A stretch of 64,000 nucleotides of DNA from NCBI GenBank assembly GCA_963666285.1, contig OY762711.1; one strand, 5' to 3'. The translations under genes were made by a program, and so were the position numbers. Shown piece after piece: positions 1 through 11,700 of this stretch; positions within the stretch are counted from its first letter, which is position 1; the number at the start of each line of letters is the position of its first letter. The notes below the pieces were generated by a model. The model had not been told where the DNA came from, made no database searches, and saw only the letters and a list, made by a program, of their open reading frames with translations. Origin of the DNA: Sedimentisphaerales bacterium. GTDB taxonomy: Bacteria; Planctomycetota; Phycisphaerae; Sedimentisphaerales; SM23-30.

Positions 1-1294
1 TCGCACCTGCTGATGCAGGAAGCATTATTCCTATATATTTACCTGGCAAACTTTCTATTACCGGCTTTAATACCATTATGGAAAGAACTATATCTCGATT
101 TGTTTTCACACCTGATTTCTGATCGGCCAGCATACTTCTATCCGGTTGGCGGCGTGCCTGATCAAGAAAACCTTTACATATAGACAAATCTGCCATATTG
201 TCCGGCTTGTAATATGAAGGAGGCTCCTTAAACCATTTTTCCGGAACAGGTAAAAGATCTGCCCTGGCTGCTGAAACAGCCTGTCCGCAGGCCGCCAGCA
301 TAAGATCACCAACACTCTGGAGAGATTCGATATCAGTCTGAGGGAAGCCAAATTCATTCTCTATCCAAACGGCAATATCTGAAACCGCAAGCGAATCCAT
401 ACCCAGATCACCTGCCAGTGAACTGCTATCATCAAAACTGGAAATGCCTATTCTGTCGATAATATAATTAGTTACTATTTTTCGAGTTGCCGACGGCACC
501 ATAGAAGTATCATTATCCGCTTTATGAACTATCGGTTCAGGCAATTCATGATAACCACTGCGATCCCAGATAGAATACGGCACATATTGAGCAGTTAACG
601 CTCCTTTATTATAAAAGTCTTCAAGGTAGGTGTTTATTTCCCTGCGGTCACCATGAACCGGAAAATCTTTCGGCTCCTCAAATTCAAGAGTAACTTTCCT
701 TTTAGGCATAAAGAAAATACCGCTCAACAGTAAGCCTTTTATGCCCCGTTTCAACGCCCTGCCGGCCAACGGATTAACACCTTCATATCCCCAGCTGAAC
801 ATGCTGCCCCAAAGACCGCGATTGCGAATAAGGACAATCTGAGCGTCCGGTACAGCCTTTACAATCTGTTCGACACCACTATTGGTACCAATCTTTTCGT
901 ATTTACTGCGATACAAGGCACCCGATGGATACATCAGGACATTATCACCGTTATTTAATGCTTCAATACACTTATCTATAGTCTGTTTGATAGCCGCGGC
1001 ACCACCGACACCTTCCTTTGCCAGCGAAGGCATTGTCAAAACCTTCATCTTGCGTGCCGTCCAGCCGATAACAGGCCTGTCAACCTGATCTGCATGCCCA
1101 ATCGGTCGTATGCGAAAACGTCTGAACAGTGTTGCTACTACAATAATCGGGTCCATTAATGCCGGATGGTTCGGCAGAAACAATATCCCTTTATTGCCAG
1201 TCTTTTTAATCTCGTCTAAACCCTTAAAAGTGATTTTATAACGCAGCCTGACAAGAAAATTAGTTATCAATACAATAATATCGGTAATAAACAT
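1..1294 (-). CDS. Partial (runs off window start) Aas-like multidomain protein: PlsC-type acyltransferase + acyl-carrier domain + start of AMP-binding/acyl-ACP synthetase domain
   Basis: Not in the ORF track. Manual translation from ATG at 1294 is open to position 2. It contains LPNHPALMDP (HX4D motif, ~1149-1178), YPSG, LAGDLGMDSL (phosphopantetheine Ser at ~392-394) and ends YIGIMLPASAGA, typical of the start of the Aas synthetase domain. A GGAGG RBS lies in the end of the upstream MFS gene. Confidence 0.8.
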   Translation of the reverse strand, partial: MFITDIIVLITNFLVRLRYKITFKGLDEIKKTGNKGILFLPNHPALMDPIIVVATLFRRFRIRPIGHADQVDRPVIGWTARKMKVLTMPSLAKEGVGGAAAIKQTIDKCIEALNNGDNVLMYPSGALYRSKYEKIGTNSGVEQIVKAVPDAQIVLIRNRGLWGSMFSWGYEGVNPLAGRALKRGIKGLLLSGIFFMPKRKVTLEFEEPKDFPVHGDRREINTYLEDFYNKGALTAQYVPYSIWDRSGYHELPEPIVHKADNDTSMVPSATRKIVTNYIIDRIGISSFDDSSSLAGDLGMDSLAVSDIAVWIENEFGFPQTDIESLQSVGDLMLAACGQAVSAARADLLPVPEKWFKEPPSYYKPDNMADLSICKGFLDQARRQPDRSMLADQKSGVKTNRDIVLSIMVLKPVIESLPGKYIGIMLPASAGA

Positions 1295-1296
1295 AA

Positions 1297-2591
1297 TCAG
1301 CCCTCCACCTCTTCTGAAACAGAAGCAGTTTCAGGTTTGACAAAATAAAATATTACTGCACCAATCGCAAACAATATCATTACAGAAAAAATGCCGTAAC
1401 GTGAAGCTTTTTCCGGCTCTGCACCCAGGTAAAGTGAAAAACGTTCACCATAGACAACCAATAGCGGCCCTAGAAATGCGGCAAATTTACCCAGCATATT
1501 ATATATACCGAAAAATTCACCTTGCTGACCTTTCGGCACAAGGCGGGTAAAATAAGACCGACTTAAAGCCTGAATGCCACCTTGAACTAAACCTACCGCT
1601 ATTGCCAGTGCATAGAACTCCCTGGCCTCATTCATAAACGCTGCCAGGAATGTGATACACATATATACAAAAATCGCAAAATATATCCCTTTTCTTGAAC
1701 CTACCTTCTGGCCGACATAACCATATATAATAGCGGCAGGGAATCCGATAAAATTGGTAATAAGAATTGCAAGTATCAAATCAGAACTATCTAAACCAAT
1801 GGATTTTCCATACGCTCCTGCCATGCGGAATATTGTGTCGACACCATCAATATAGAACCAGTAAGCAATCAAAACATAAAAACTGTCTTATGGTGACGGA
1901 GTTTTTTGAAAGTATCAAACAATTGCGACAAACCTTCAGCAACAGCGACTTTAATTTTCTTTTTGCCCATTTTAGTGTCTGGAACATAAAGGAACAGCGG
2001 CAAAGAAAATATTGCCCACCATATACCTACAGAAATAAAAGAATACTTTATCGCTTGACTATCATCTGCAATTCCAAACCATTCTTTCTTAAATAACATT
2101 AACACGTTTAATGATAACAATATTGCTCCGCCAATGTAACCAAACGCATACCCAAGACCGGAAACGAAATCAACCTTTTCTTCATTAGCGACATTCAAAA
2201 TTAGAGAGTCATAAAATGTCAGCCCACCTGAAAAGCCGATTGACGCCAATAAAAAGAGTATAAATGCTATTTGCCAATCTCCCGCACCGACACTTGAAAA
2301 CATTATAGTTGCAAAAACACCTAATAATGTAAAAGCTCCTAAAAACACTTTTTTGCCACCGGCTCTATCGGCAATAGCGCCCAACACCGGTGCAATAAGA
2401 ACTACAATAACACATGACAGTGAATTTGCAACCCCCAATCTTGTATTACTATCGCTATTGCTAACACCAGTTCCGCACCAGTAATCCTTAAAAAATACAG
2501 GGAAAAAAGCAGCCATAACAGTCGTGGCATAGGCAGAATTTGCCCAGTCATACATAGCCCAGCTAAATATCTTTTTATCTATCTTAATCAT
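1297..2591 (-). pseudogene. MFS transporter (UMF1/YxiO/Atg22-like family) split by a 1-nt frameshift; pseudogene or sequencing error
   Basis: ORF 1869..2591 (SWAMYDWANSAY, GAIADRAGGKK) and ORF 1297..1872 (IAYWFYIDGVDT, GGIQALSRSYF, FFGIYNMLGKFAA) are the N- and C-halves of one MFS. The junction reads ATG TTT TGA TTG; one extra T gives MF-LIAYWF. Confidence 0.85.
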
Positions 2592-2873
2592 TAATGATAA
2601 TCCTTTATCTGCGATATCCTTATATAAGCATTTTATACGCTATCTAATAATTATGCCAATAAGAAATATCTTGCATAAATCATTATATACACTTAAATTA
2701 TTAAAAATAATACACGTTATAATATTACTTATTACAAATGAGATGCCAAAAACAAAGATATAATACAACTTATTGATATAAAGACACTTACACACAATAC
2801 GTCAAACACAATCAGACGTCAGGCCTGACATGGACTGCATTAGCCTGCAAATTAACATACATTTTATGTATAT

Positions 2874-4193
2874 ATGAAAATTAACCTGAACATTATATTA
2901 TTGGCTGCAGCATTAGTCTGTATCCTGTTTTCTGCTTCAACAGATGCGGTTCAAAATTTCCCACCGCCTGATTTTGAAACAGACTACACGATGCCAAACC
3001 TGGAGATACCGGAACCTCAATTCAGACTGAACCCCGTTATTGACATCATAGCATTGACAACAGCATTATCTCTGGCCAGTTTTTTCTCTCTTAAGACGAG
3101 ATCGCGAAAGGCCCTGTTTTGCCTGATGATTGCCTGTATGCTGTATTTCGGATTCTATCGTAAAGGATGCGTCTGTTCGATAGGAGCAATACAAAATATC
3201 TCCCTGGGGCTTTTCGATAGTAACTATACCGCCAGCCTGTTAATCATTGCGTTTTTTGCCCTGCCAATAATCTTTTCATTATTCTTCGGCAGGGTCTTCT
3301 GCGGCTCCGTTTGCCCGCTAGGTGCCATTCAAGACCTGGTAACCCTCAAACCATTAAAAGTTCCTGCTTGGCTGGAAAACATACTACAGATGTTTGCCTG
3401 GATATATCTCGGACTTGCTATTTTACTGGCAGCAACAAATACAGCCTTTATCATATGCCGCTATGACCCATTTATATCCATTTACCGCTTTACCGCAGGG
3501 TTTGACATTATCGTACTTACCGTTGCATTTCTCATCCTGTCAATGCTGGTAGGCCGGCCATACTGCAGATTTATCTGTCCATACGGTGTTATCCTGCGGC
3601 AGGCATCACGATTGGCAAAATGGAAAATATCTATCGTACCCAAAGGTCAGGAATGCGTTCAATGCAGATTATGCGTTGCAAAATGTCCATATGATGCTAT
3701 CAATGAACCTTACCAGGCTCCTGTTAAAACCAGTTATTCTGGAGAAATACGCAAGTTTATTCTTTATATAGCTATTACCTCAGCATTAATAATCGTTGGC
3801 ATTTTCAGCGGCTTAAAACTGGGACAACACCTGGCACAGGGTAATATAAACGTTATTACTGCAAATGTCATCAGGGGAACAGCTGATAACATAAGTCCGG
3901 ACGATCAAAACGCGATCCTTGAAGCCGTTAGAGCAAATAGCCTTAAAGAAGAAAACATTTTCCTTGCCGAAGCTGATATTATAAAGAAATTTCAGCGGGG
4001 AGCCGTTTTGGTCACAACCCTGCTTGGCCTTATTGCAGGACTGAAACTTACCCGAACCATTATTTACCGCAGCCGAAAAGATTACGAGGTTGATGACGGT
4101 AAATGCTTATATTGCGGCAGATGCCTGGATGCCTGCCCCGAAGAAAACACAAATACAATAAATTTATCCGGAGCTAAAAATGGAACAATATAA
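2874..4193 (+). CDS. Membrane-bound 4Fe-4S binding protein (NapH/MauN/NosR-like polyferredoxin)
   Basis: Several hydrophobic TM segments, motifs GCVCSIG, GRVFCGSVCPLG and RPYCRFICPYG, and two ferredoxin motifs CVQCRLCVAKCP and CLYCGRCLDACP. Confidence 0.85.
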   Translation: MKINLNIILLAAALVCILFSASTDAVQNFPPPDFETDYTMPNLEIPEPQFRLNPVIDIIALTTALSLASFFSLKTRSRKALFCLMIACMLYFGFYRKGCVCSIGAIQNISLGLFDSNYTASLLIIAFFALPIIFSLFFGRVFCGSVCPLGAIQDLVTLKPLKVPAWLENILQMFAWIYLGLAILLAATNTAFIICRYDPFISIYRFTAGFDIIVLTVAFLILSMLVGRPYCRFICPYGVILRQASRLAKWKISIVPKGQECVQCRLCVAKCPYDAINEPYQAPVKTSYSGEIRKFILYIAITSALIIVGIFSGLKLGQHLAQGNINVITANVIRGTADNISPDDQNAILEAVRANSLKEENIFLAEADIIKKFQRGAVLVTTLLGLIAGLKLTRTIIYRSRKDYEVDDGKCLYCGRCLDACPEENTNTINLSGAKNGTI

Positions 4194-4851
4194 ACAGGAT
4201 TTTATCGAATTTCTCGTCAATTGCGGCGTGCTGACTTTTGGTGATTTTACTACTAAAAGCGGGCGAAAAACTCCATATTTCGTCAATACCGGCAACTATA
4301 AAACCGGCAGCCAGCTGGGAAAGCTTGGCGAGTTCTATGCCCAGGCAATTATTAGCCAATACGGCAATGATTTTGACAATTTATACGGCCCGGCCTATAA
4401 AGGAATACCGCTTTCTGTCACTACCGGCATAGCGATCAACAGAAACTTTGAGAAAGATGTTACTATAACCTATAACCGCAAAGAAGAAAAAGACCATGGT
4501 GAAGGCGGGTCAATTATAGGATACAAATACAGTGGAAAAGAAAAGGTAATTATTATCGAAGATGTAATAACTGCCGGCACCAGCATACGAGAAACCATGG
4601 CACTGCTTGAACATTACAATAAACCTCAGGTTAAAGCCGTTATTGTATCTGTTGACCGTATGGAAAAAGGTACCACAGACCTTACCGCCATCGACCAGGC
4701 AAAAGTCGATTACGGCATAGATGTATTTTCTATCGTTAATGTTCGCGAGATAATAGAATATCTGCATAACAGAAATGTTGGTACTGTTCTTATTGACGAT
4801 AACATGAAAGACAGGATGGAAGATTACCTTGACAAATATGGTGCCAAATAA
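4180..4851 (+). CDS. pyrE: Orotate phosphoribosyltransferase
   Basis: FGDFTTKSGRKTPYF, LYGPAYKGIP, YNRKEEKDHGEGG and the PRPP-binding IIEDVITAGTS. Confidence 0.97.
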   Translation: MEQYKQDFIEFLVNCGVLTFGDFTTKSGRKTPYFVNTGNYKTGSQLGKLGEFYAQAIISQYGNDFDNLYGPAYKGIPLSVTTGIAINRNFEKDVTITYNRKEEKDHGEGGSIIGYKYSGKEKVIIIEDVITAGTSIRETMALLEHYNKPQVKAVIVSVDRMEKGTTDLTAIDQAKVDYGIDVFSIVNVREIIEYLHNRNVGTVLIDDNMKDRMEDYLDKYGAK

Positions 4852-4873
4852 CAGAGCGTTCACATACAAGCAT

Positions 4874-4905
4874 AAAGGCCGGAAGATTTCTCTTTCGGCC
4901 TTTTT
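4874..4905. terminator. Probable bidirectional intrinsic terminator between pyrE and the convergent giant-protein operon
   Basis: AAAGGCCGGAAGA-TTTC-TCTTTCGGCC-TTTTT hairpin with a T tract on + and TTT on -, between convergent genes. Confidence 0.8.
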
Positions 4906-4946
4906 ATATATCGATAATGTCTAAGAAGATTAGTTTCTTGTAATTG

Positions 4947-5657
4947 CTAGTCTATCAGCCATTCTTCAGCTAATAAAGCAAAGTCATTCATATCTACAAT
5001 GCCGTCGCCATCTGCCGGGGCAATATCTGCCTGCAAACCATCTCCGGTTGCAAGCCATTCGCTGCTCAATATAGCCAGATCATCATTATCAACATTCCCG
5101 TCATAGTTTATATCCGCCCTGTGAAATACCCCAAAACTGGCATCATATTGTTCATTACTTTCAAAATCTGTAGCCTGTACTGTTGATGTATCAACAAAAT
5201 ACTGGGCGCCAAGTATATTAAGCGTCAGATTGTGAATTCCAAGTTGACTGACAGTGTAACTGCCTTTGCATAATATATATTCAGTGCCATCGTTGCCAAT
5301 ATTATAAGTACGCGGCAAACTCTGGGCAGCAATCATATTTGTTATTTTTGTATTACTGTTTACAAGTGCGCCCTGATAATTAATAACAAAACCTTCAGCA
5401 ATACCATATTCTGTATCTGTAAATTCACTTCCACTGATCTGAGGAAGCTGCAAAGACTCACCAGCGGTTTCCTCTAAATCCAGTGAAATTGAGACAATAC
5501 CGGCATTATCTCCTGTGCTGGCCCACGCCTTGATTGTCCAGTTTATCGTCTGGCCGATACGATAGTTCAAACTGTCAGTCTCTACCCTAACATTAAACAC
5601 CGCTGCTGAAGCAAATGCAGCAAAAACACACAAAACAAATGAAATCTTCTTAAACAT
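4947..5657 (-). CDS. Secreted protein: signal peptide, cohesin-like beta-sandwich, C-terminal dockerin-type duplicated EF-hand repeat
   Basis: MFKKISFVLCVFAAFASA signal peptide. C-terminal ADINYDGNVDNDDLAILSSEWL...ADIAPADGDGIVDMNDFALLAEEWL. The middle is beta-rich (YRIGQTINWTIKA...GIVSISLDL); the cohesin-like call is inference. AGGAG RBS at ~5667-5671. Confidence 0.7.
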   Translation of the reverse strand: MFKKISFVLCVFAAFASAAVFNVRVETDSLNYRIGQTINWTIKAWASTGDNAGIVSISLDLEETAGESLQLPQISGSEFTDTEYGIAEGFVINYQGALVNSNTKITNMIAAQSLPRTYNIGNDGTEYILCKGSYTVSQLGIHNLTLNILGAQYFVDTSTVQATDFESNEQYDASFGVFHRADINYDGNVDNDDLAILSSEWLATGDGLQADIAPADGDGIVDMNDFALLAEEWLID

Positions 5658-5709
5658 TATCGCATTCTCCTGTTATATTATTAAACATTATTACTATATA
5701 CATAATTGA

Positions 5710-8700
5710 TTAATTAAACTTACCATTATTAAGTAAAGTATTATCTATCATCCATTTTTCATAGCTGAATTCAACCTTGCCAGATGCAGGTTTAATAACC
5801 CTTACCTGATTTAACGGTTCAATAAATTCGAGCCCGGTACTTCTATGTACAGCTTTGCTTCTGGCACTCACTGCACTTTCAGACTTGTCGCTAACCTCAT
5901 TAATCTCACCGATAAAGGCATCATCCATTTCCATAGATTCTGAAACTCCAGGCTGAAGTACTGATTTTGTCTGTTCAACCTGAACGTCAACGATATCGAA
6001 ATTGCTTATTGCATTTTCCGGGCGTTTTGCAAATCTGACACGTTTTTCGCTGTTTGCAGTCTCAACCAGTACATTATCTAATAAGACATTTTCAACCTGA
6101 ACTTCTACAACCGGTTTAACATCAATCACAGGTTCGCTTAAGACAACAAATTCCGGATCATCCGCTAAAGTGATTTCGACAACAGGTTCGATGGTATCCG
6201 CCTCAGATTCGTCAACGGTTTTTTCTGACTTCACATCAGGTTCAACTATAGTTTCAGAAGCAAGTGAAAGAGGACCATCCGTGACATTCTGCTGCCAGAT
6301 AAACATATCCAGGGTATCAACATTACCATCCAAGTTCCAGTCACCTTCAGCAACAGTATGACTCGCCAGATGTACAGGGTCAAAGTTACTCTGCCAGATT
6401 GATAGGTCATCCTGGTCAACTTCGGCATCACCATTAGAATCAGCTTTCAGAGCAAAGAAGTCCTGGCCTGCTGCTCCGGTACTCCTGTCAATAACAAGTG
6501 TACCATCAGCAGTACCATCATCATCTGATAGTATATTACCAAAACTGTCAGTTACCGCTGCGGTATCAATTTCGACTTTATATCTGCCATTTGCCAGACC
6601 GCTTATTTCCGAACCACCAAATCCATCGGATGTCAGATCAATATACAAAGTCAACTCAGCGGCATTCCAGCTGTAATTTGCCTCAGTCAGCCAACCCAGC
6701 GGACTCGCATCATCAATTAGATCATAAACCCGGACAACATCGTCAATCGTGCCACCGGCTATCAAGTCAGGAATATTGGTCTCTTCATCGAATGTGAGCT
6801 CTATGGCAGTTACATTAGAACGCTGTACCTCACCATTATTAACTACAACATCTGACACTGATGGAGACTGGGTATCTGTTACCGGCTTCACATTTTCCTG
6901 CCACAACAGCATATCAATAGCGTCGACCTTACCGTCAACATTCCAGTCTCCCTGCTGAACATTATGACTATACCTGCCACCTGGATCGAAATTACTCTGC
7001 CAGTATGCCAGGTCAAGTTCGTCAACCCAGGTATCACCATTTGAATCACAAACCTGACTGAACAGATCGTCAAAAGATGCACTTGTACTGCGTGAAATAA
7101 CAAGATAACCATCTGCAGTACCATCATTATCACTTAACATATTACCGGCCGAATCAACAAATGCTGATACTGTCAGCCTAAGTTCGTAAGTACCATCTTC
7201 CAGGAGGCTCTTGACACTGCCATAGAAACTGTCAACTGTCAAGTCAATAGTCAAACGCTTGTAATATGAATACCAGCTGAAGTGAGACTCATCCAGCCAG
7301 TCAACAGGCTCATCAGGATTATCAACCGAATATAACTTGACATAGTCGTCAATTGTATGATTGTTTATCAAGGTCTGAACATCTAACGTCTCGCTAAAAG
7401 TAACCCTGATCTGCTCGATATTCGAACGCTGCGCCGAACCGCTATTTATAATCACTTCATTAACCAGCGGAGCTTCTCTGTCAACTGTAAAGTAATAATT
7501 ATAATCGGTTCCATCGTTTAAGTACTTACCAACTTGGTCTGTTATACCGTCAGCGTTCAAAGTAATTCTATACTGACCTTCCAATACGAGGTCTGTATCA
7601 AAACCTACTGTAACGGTATTATCAGTCCAGATTATCCTGTCCGGCACAATAACACTTGAGTCAGGAGCTATGACAGATATATCAGCAGCACTGCCTGCTA
7701 CCTGCTCATTAAAAGTAAATACAATCTCCGGTGTTGCGTCAGTTGTCTTACCATCTGTACTGCTAACACCAGTATCATCGATCAGTACAACGCCAGTCAC
7801 GCCAGGGGTATCACCGTCAATATAGAATTCTTTAACATAGTCATCACCGCCAACGCCATCTCCATCACCATCCAGAGACAATCCCGCAAAGTCACGCAAA
7901 GCAGTACTTATTACCGTCAGCATATATCTACCAGATGCAAGCGTCCCGGTATTTGAACTCAGCAGAATACTGCTAGTTCCCGGGGTATAATACGGTGTCA
8001 GGCTGATTGTACTGTCATCAAAATCTCCAAACACTCCATTTGCACCGGCATTAACTAGCTCGTAATTAACAGCAGACAATGCATCACTTGCGATCAACGG
8101 TTCTGACAGCAACAATCTGATAGAATCAGTACTCACCAGGCTCACACCTTCAACATGGACATATTGTGGATTTGTATCGACAATTGTCGGTGCTGTCACA
8201 TCACCGCCGCCTAGATATTCATACGCACCAATATCTCTTATTCCAGGTGCAAAAGCAAAACTAATACTATCTGCATTAGCCAGATTTGCCTGGTCATTAT
8301 AACTGGTAAGAACAAAGCTTCCACCATTACCAGCAGAAATACCGATAGTCGGAGTTAAATTAGCATTACCGTCACCATAATGGAAATCAATCGTACCATC
8401 TGTATGCAGAGTTACAGAGAAATTAACCTCAGAGTTATCAGCCTCCAGGTATGCCGCCCAGCGGATCGTAACTTCATCTGCAACAGAACTATCCATATAT
8501 ACACCACCGCCGGATGTTTTCAAATTATCCCAAAGCGGAGCTATACGTTTACGAATCTTCAGCAGGTCAGCAGAATTATCTGCCTCATAAATATTACTGT
8601 TGCTGCCGAACTGCAGGAAGCCTTCAACACTTACCCAGACATCATTGTAAACCTCACCATAGAATGGGAAGCTGATAGGCAGCGTAACATTTTTATAGGA

Positions 8701-11700
8701 ATTACTCGAATTCAAGCTGATAGAATCACCAACAATAGCAAATCCGCTTGCCCCGGATGTCTGAGCCCAATAATCATCACTACCAAGATTAGCGGCATTA
8801 GGGTCATCAACTCTAGGGGCTCCGATATAATCTGTTGCCGGTCCGATCCAGGAATATCCACGATCAATCGCGGGAGAATCTGAGGTCAGGTAGAGGTTAT
8901 CGTCTATACCGCCGTCATATCCAACACCAACAGTACTGTAACCAAGAACATTATCCGCTCCATCTATATCGACAAATTCCGGATCTGCCTGGATACTATT
9001 TGCATCGAACCCAGGACCAGCCTGCCACGCGGGCAGATCGTCATATACAGTCGTTCCCCATAGACTTAGCCGTGCATTTACCGTTGCCATGTTATACAGG
9101 TTATAATCAATATCAAGATCAACCTGACTATCTGAGGCAATATTTAACGCATAACCAGAATCTACCCAGAAAATGTTATTCATTATAATAACATCATGTG
9201 AAGAACTCTGAATCTTAACTGCATCACCAATTGTCTGGTATACCGTATTATTGGCAATAATCGGAATGTCTGAACCGGATATTCCACCGTCCAGCAACTG
9301 AATACCTGTATCAGTATTATCATATAAGACATTATTTTCAATCTCGCCATAATAATCACTATAATAGCCAACCGCATAAATGCCAATATTATTTGAATAA
9401 ACTTTATTGGCATAAGCGTTTGAACCCCGTCTCAGGTAAATACCGGTTGCATTATTATAAACCCTGTTATTTTCCACTGTGGCATTTGTATCAGCATAAA
9501 TACCCTGATAGTTACCATATACTACATTATTGCGAACATAGTCTGAATCGGCTGTAAATATACCAATATCACCACTGTCGTCATGCCCGTAAACTGTATT
9601 GCCGGTAATATAAAGCACATTATTACTGCTTGAATTGGCATGAATACCTCTTGTACCGTTATCATACACAACATTACCGGTAATATATGAGTCAGCAGCA
9701 TTTGTCGACATATAAATTCCATAGGTATTATTACCGTAAACCTGGTTATTCCGCACTGTCAATCCGCTGCCGCTTGCATAAACGCCATAACGACTGGAGT
9801 AAAGGATATTATCTTCAATCAAGGCATTATTACCTGAAGTCTCTATTGCTTCCTGGCTATTGGCATATATCTCATTACCGGAAGCAAACAAGCCATAAGC
9901 TTCTGACCTTAAACCATCAACATTGTCATGAATAATATTGTCTTCAATAGAAGCATAGTCATTAGTTGATCCAATGTAAATACCGTAAGTATTATTATCA
10001 TAAACAATATTATTACGGAATGTAAGGTTATCACTATCACTATCGGCAGGCAGCAGCATTGCGGTCCCGGCACCAGTAAGGCTCAGATTTTCAATTACAA
10101 CATCATCAGCATTATCCAGGCTTATCACAGATGTTGCCGATACCTTATGCACCCTGTTTAGAACAGCTTTGTAATTCGAGTCTGACGGCCCCTGAAGTAC
10201 TACGCCACTATCATCACTACCGATTACAATATCTACCGGAATATCATAAGTACCGGTATCCACATGAACTATATCGCCATAATCCAGGTCATACAGTCTG
10301 AACAATGCCGCCAGGGACGCCATAGGAGCATCAGGGCTCTTACCACTGTTAGTGTCATCTCCAGAAGCTGTAGTAAATTGATTGTCTGTCAAATCAGAAT
10401 CGTTTGCTATATTAACATAATAATCTGTTCCGTCATTTACAATCTGGAATGGTCGTAACGACTGACCGCTGGCATAAATACCCTGATTCGATGTAACCCT
10501 GATATAATATTCACTATCATAGGTAACAATACTATCATCCGGAACTGTCCAGTCATATCTGCCTGATGATGCTACACCAGTTGCTATAGTATCAATAACA
10601 GTACCGGATACCCCGTCAATAAGTTCAATGTCGACCAGGTCAGTTCGTGCATTATACTGATTTGCAATATCCTGGGCACTTAAAGCGTAACCATAAATAC
10701 TGAACTCATCAATTGACATCCCTTCATTTGTATAATAACTCGAATTTTCACCGCCTGCACAGTTCAAATACAATGGATTATTGAAAGCTATCATATCTGT
10801 TCTTCTAACAGAACCTGAAGCAATTTCTTCACCATTCAGGTATACTTTCATTACACCTTCAGTTCTATCTACCACCGCAGCAACATTATACCACTGTCCG
10901 GCTTCAATTACTGAAGATGTTTGTAAATACTGATAACTGCCATCAGAACTATAAAGCGTAAGTCTTCCGCTGCTGTCAAGCCACAATGAGTAAGAACGCT
11001 CACTACTCGAATTGTCTCCTTTGTAAACCAACGAACTGTTCTTCATTACATCTGTCTTAAACCACATCGTAAATGATACTTCACGTTCAAAATTGAGTTC
11101 GCCGCCTGCATCCGGGATCTGAATATAACTGCTTGTACTGTTGAAGTTCATAGCAGTATCAAGTCCGGCCCCATACACACCTTCTACCTGGTAATTAGCA
11201 CTGCCGTTAACACTGCCGTCATGACCGTTACCGCTAAGATCTAAAACGTCATCATCCAATGCAGTGTTAAGCCTGTAATATGCAACAGGTCCATTATCAA
11301 GAACAGCCTGCATATAATCATTATCAGATGTGTTCAGACTCGGAATTCCTGAATTATTCCAGTAGATAGATACTTCCTGACCCGCCTCAAACTTTTCGTA
11401 TCCAGATGGGCTGATTACCTGCATTATCTCATTAGTGCTAAACGCCGCTTCTGAAGTATTGCCATAAGCCCCGGCATTAATTCGACTGCCGTTCGGCAGT
11501 AGCTCTTCGCTGTAATCGAATAACGGATCACCGAAATCTACCGCTGGCGATGTTTCAGCAACATGATAATTGTCATCCTGCCCACCGTTACCTTCTATTT
11601 GCTGCAACTGCACAGCATCTGCGACAATTGTATTATTAGCATAGTCGTCAAATCTCACTTCAATAGTGTCAGAGGCTGCAATTACTGTAACTAATAATTG

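Noticed and set aside
2818..2829. Perfect palindrome GTCAGGCCTGAC upstream of the 4Fe-4S gene
   Set aside because: Single 12-bp occurrence; cannot distinguish operator, REP remnant or chance.
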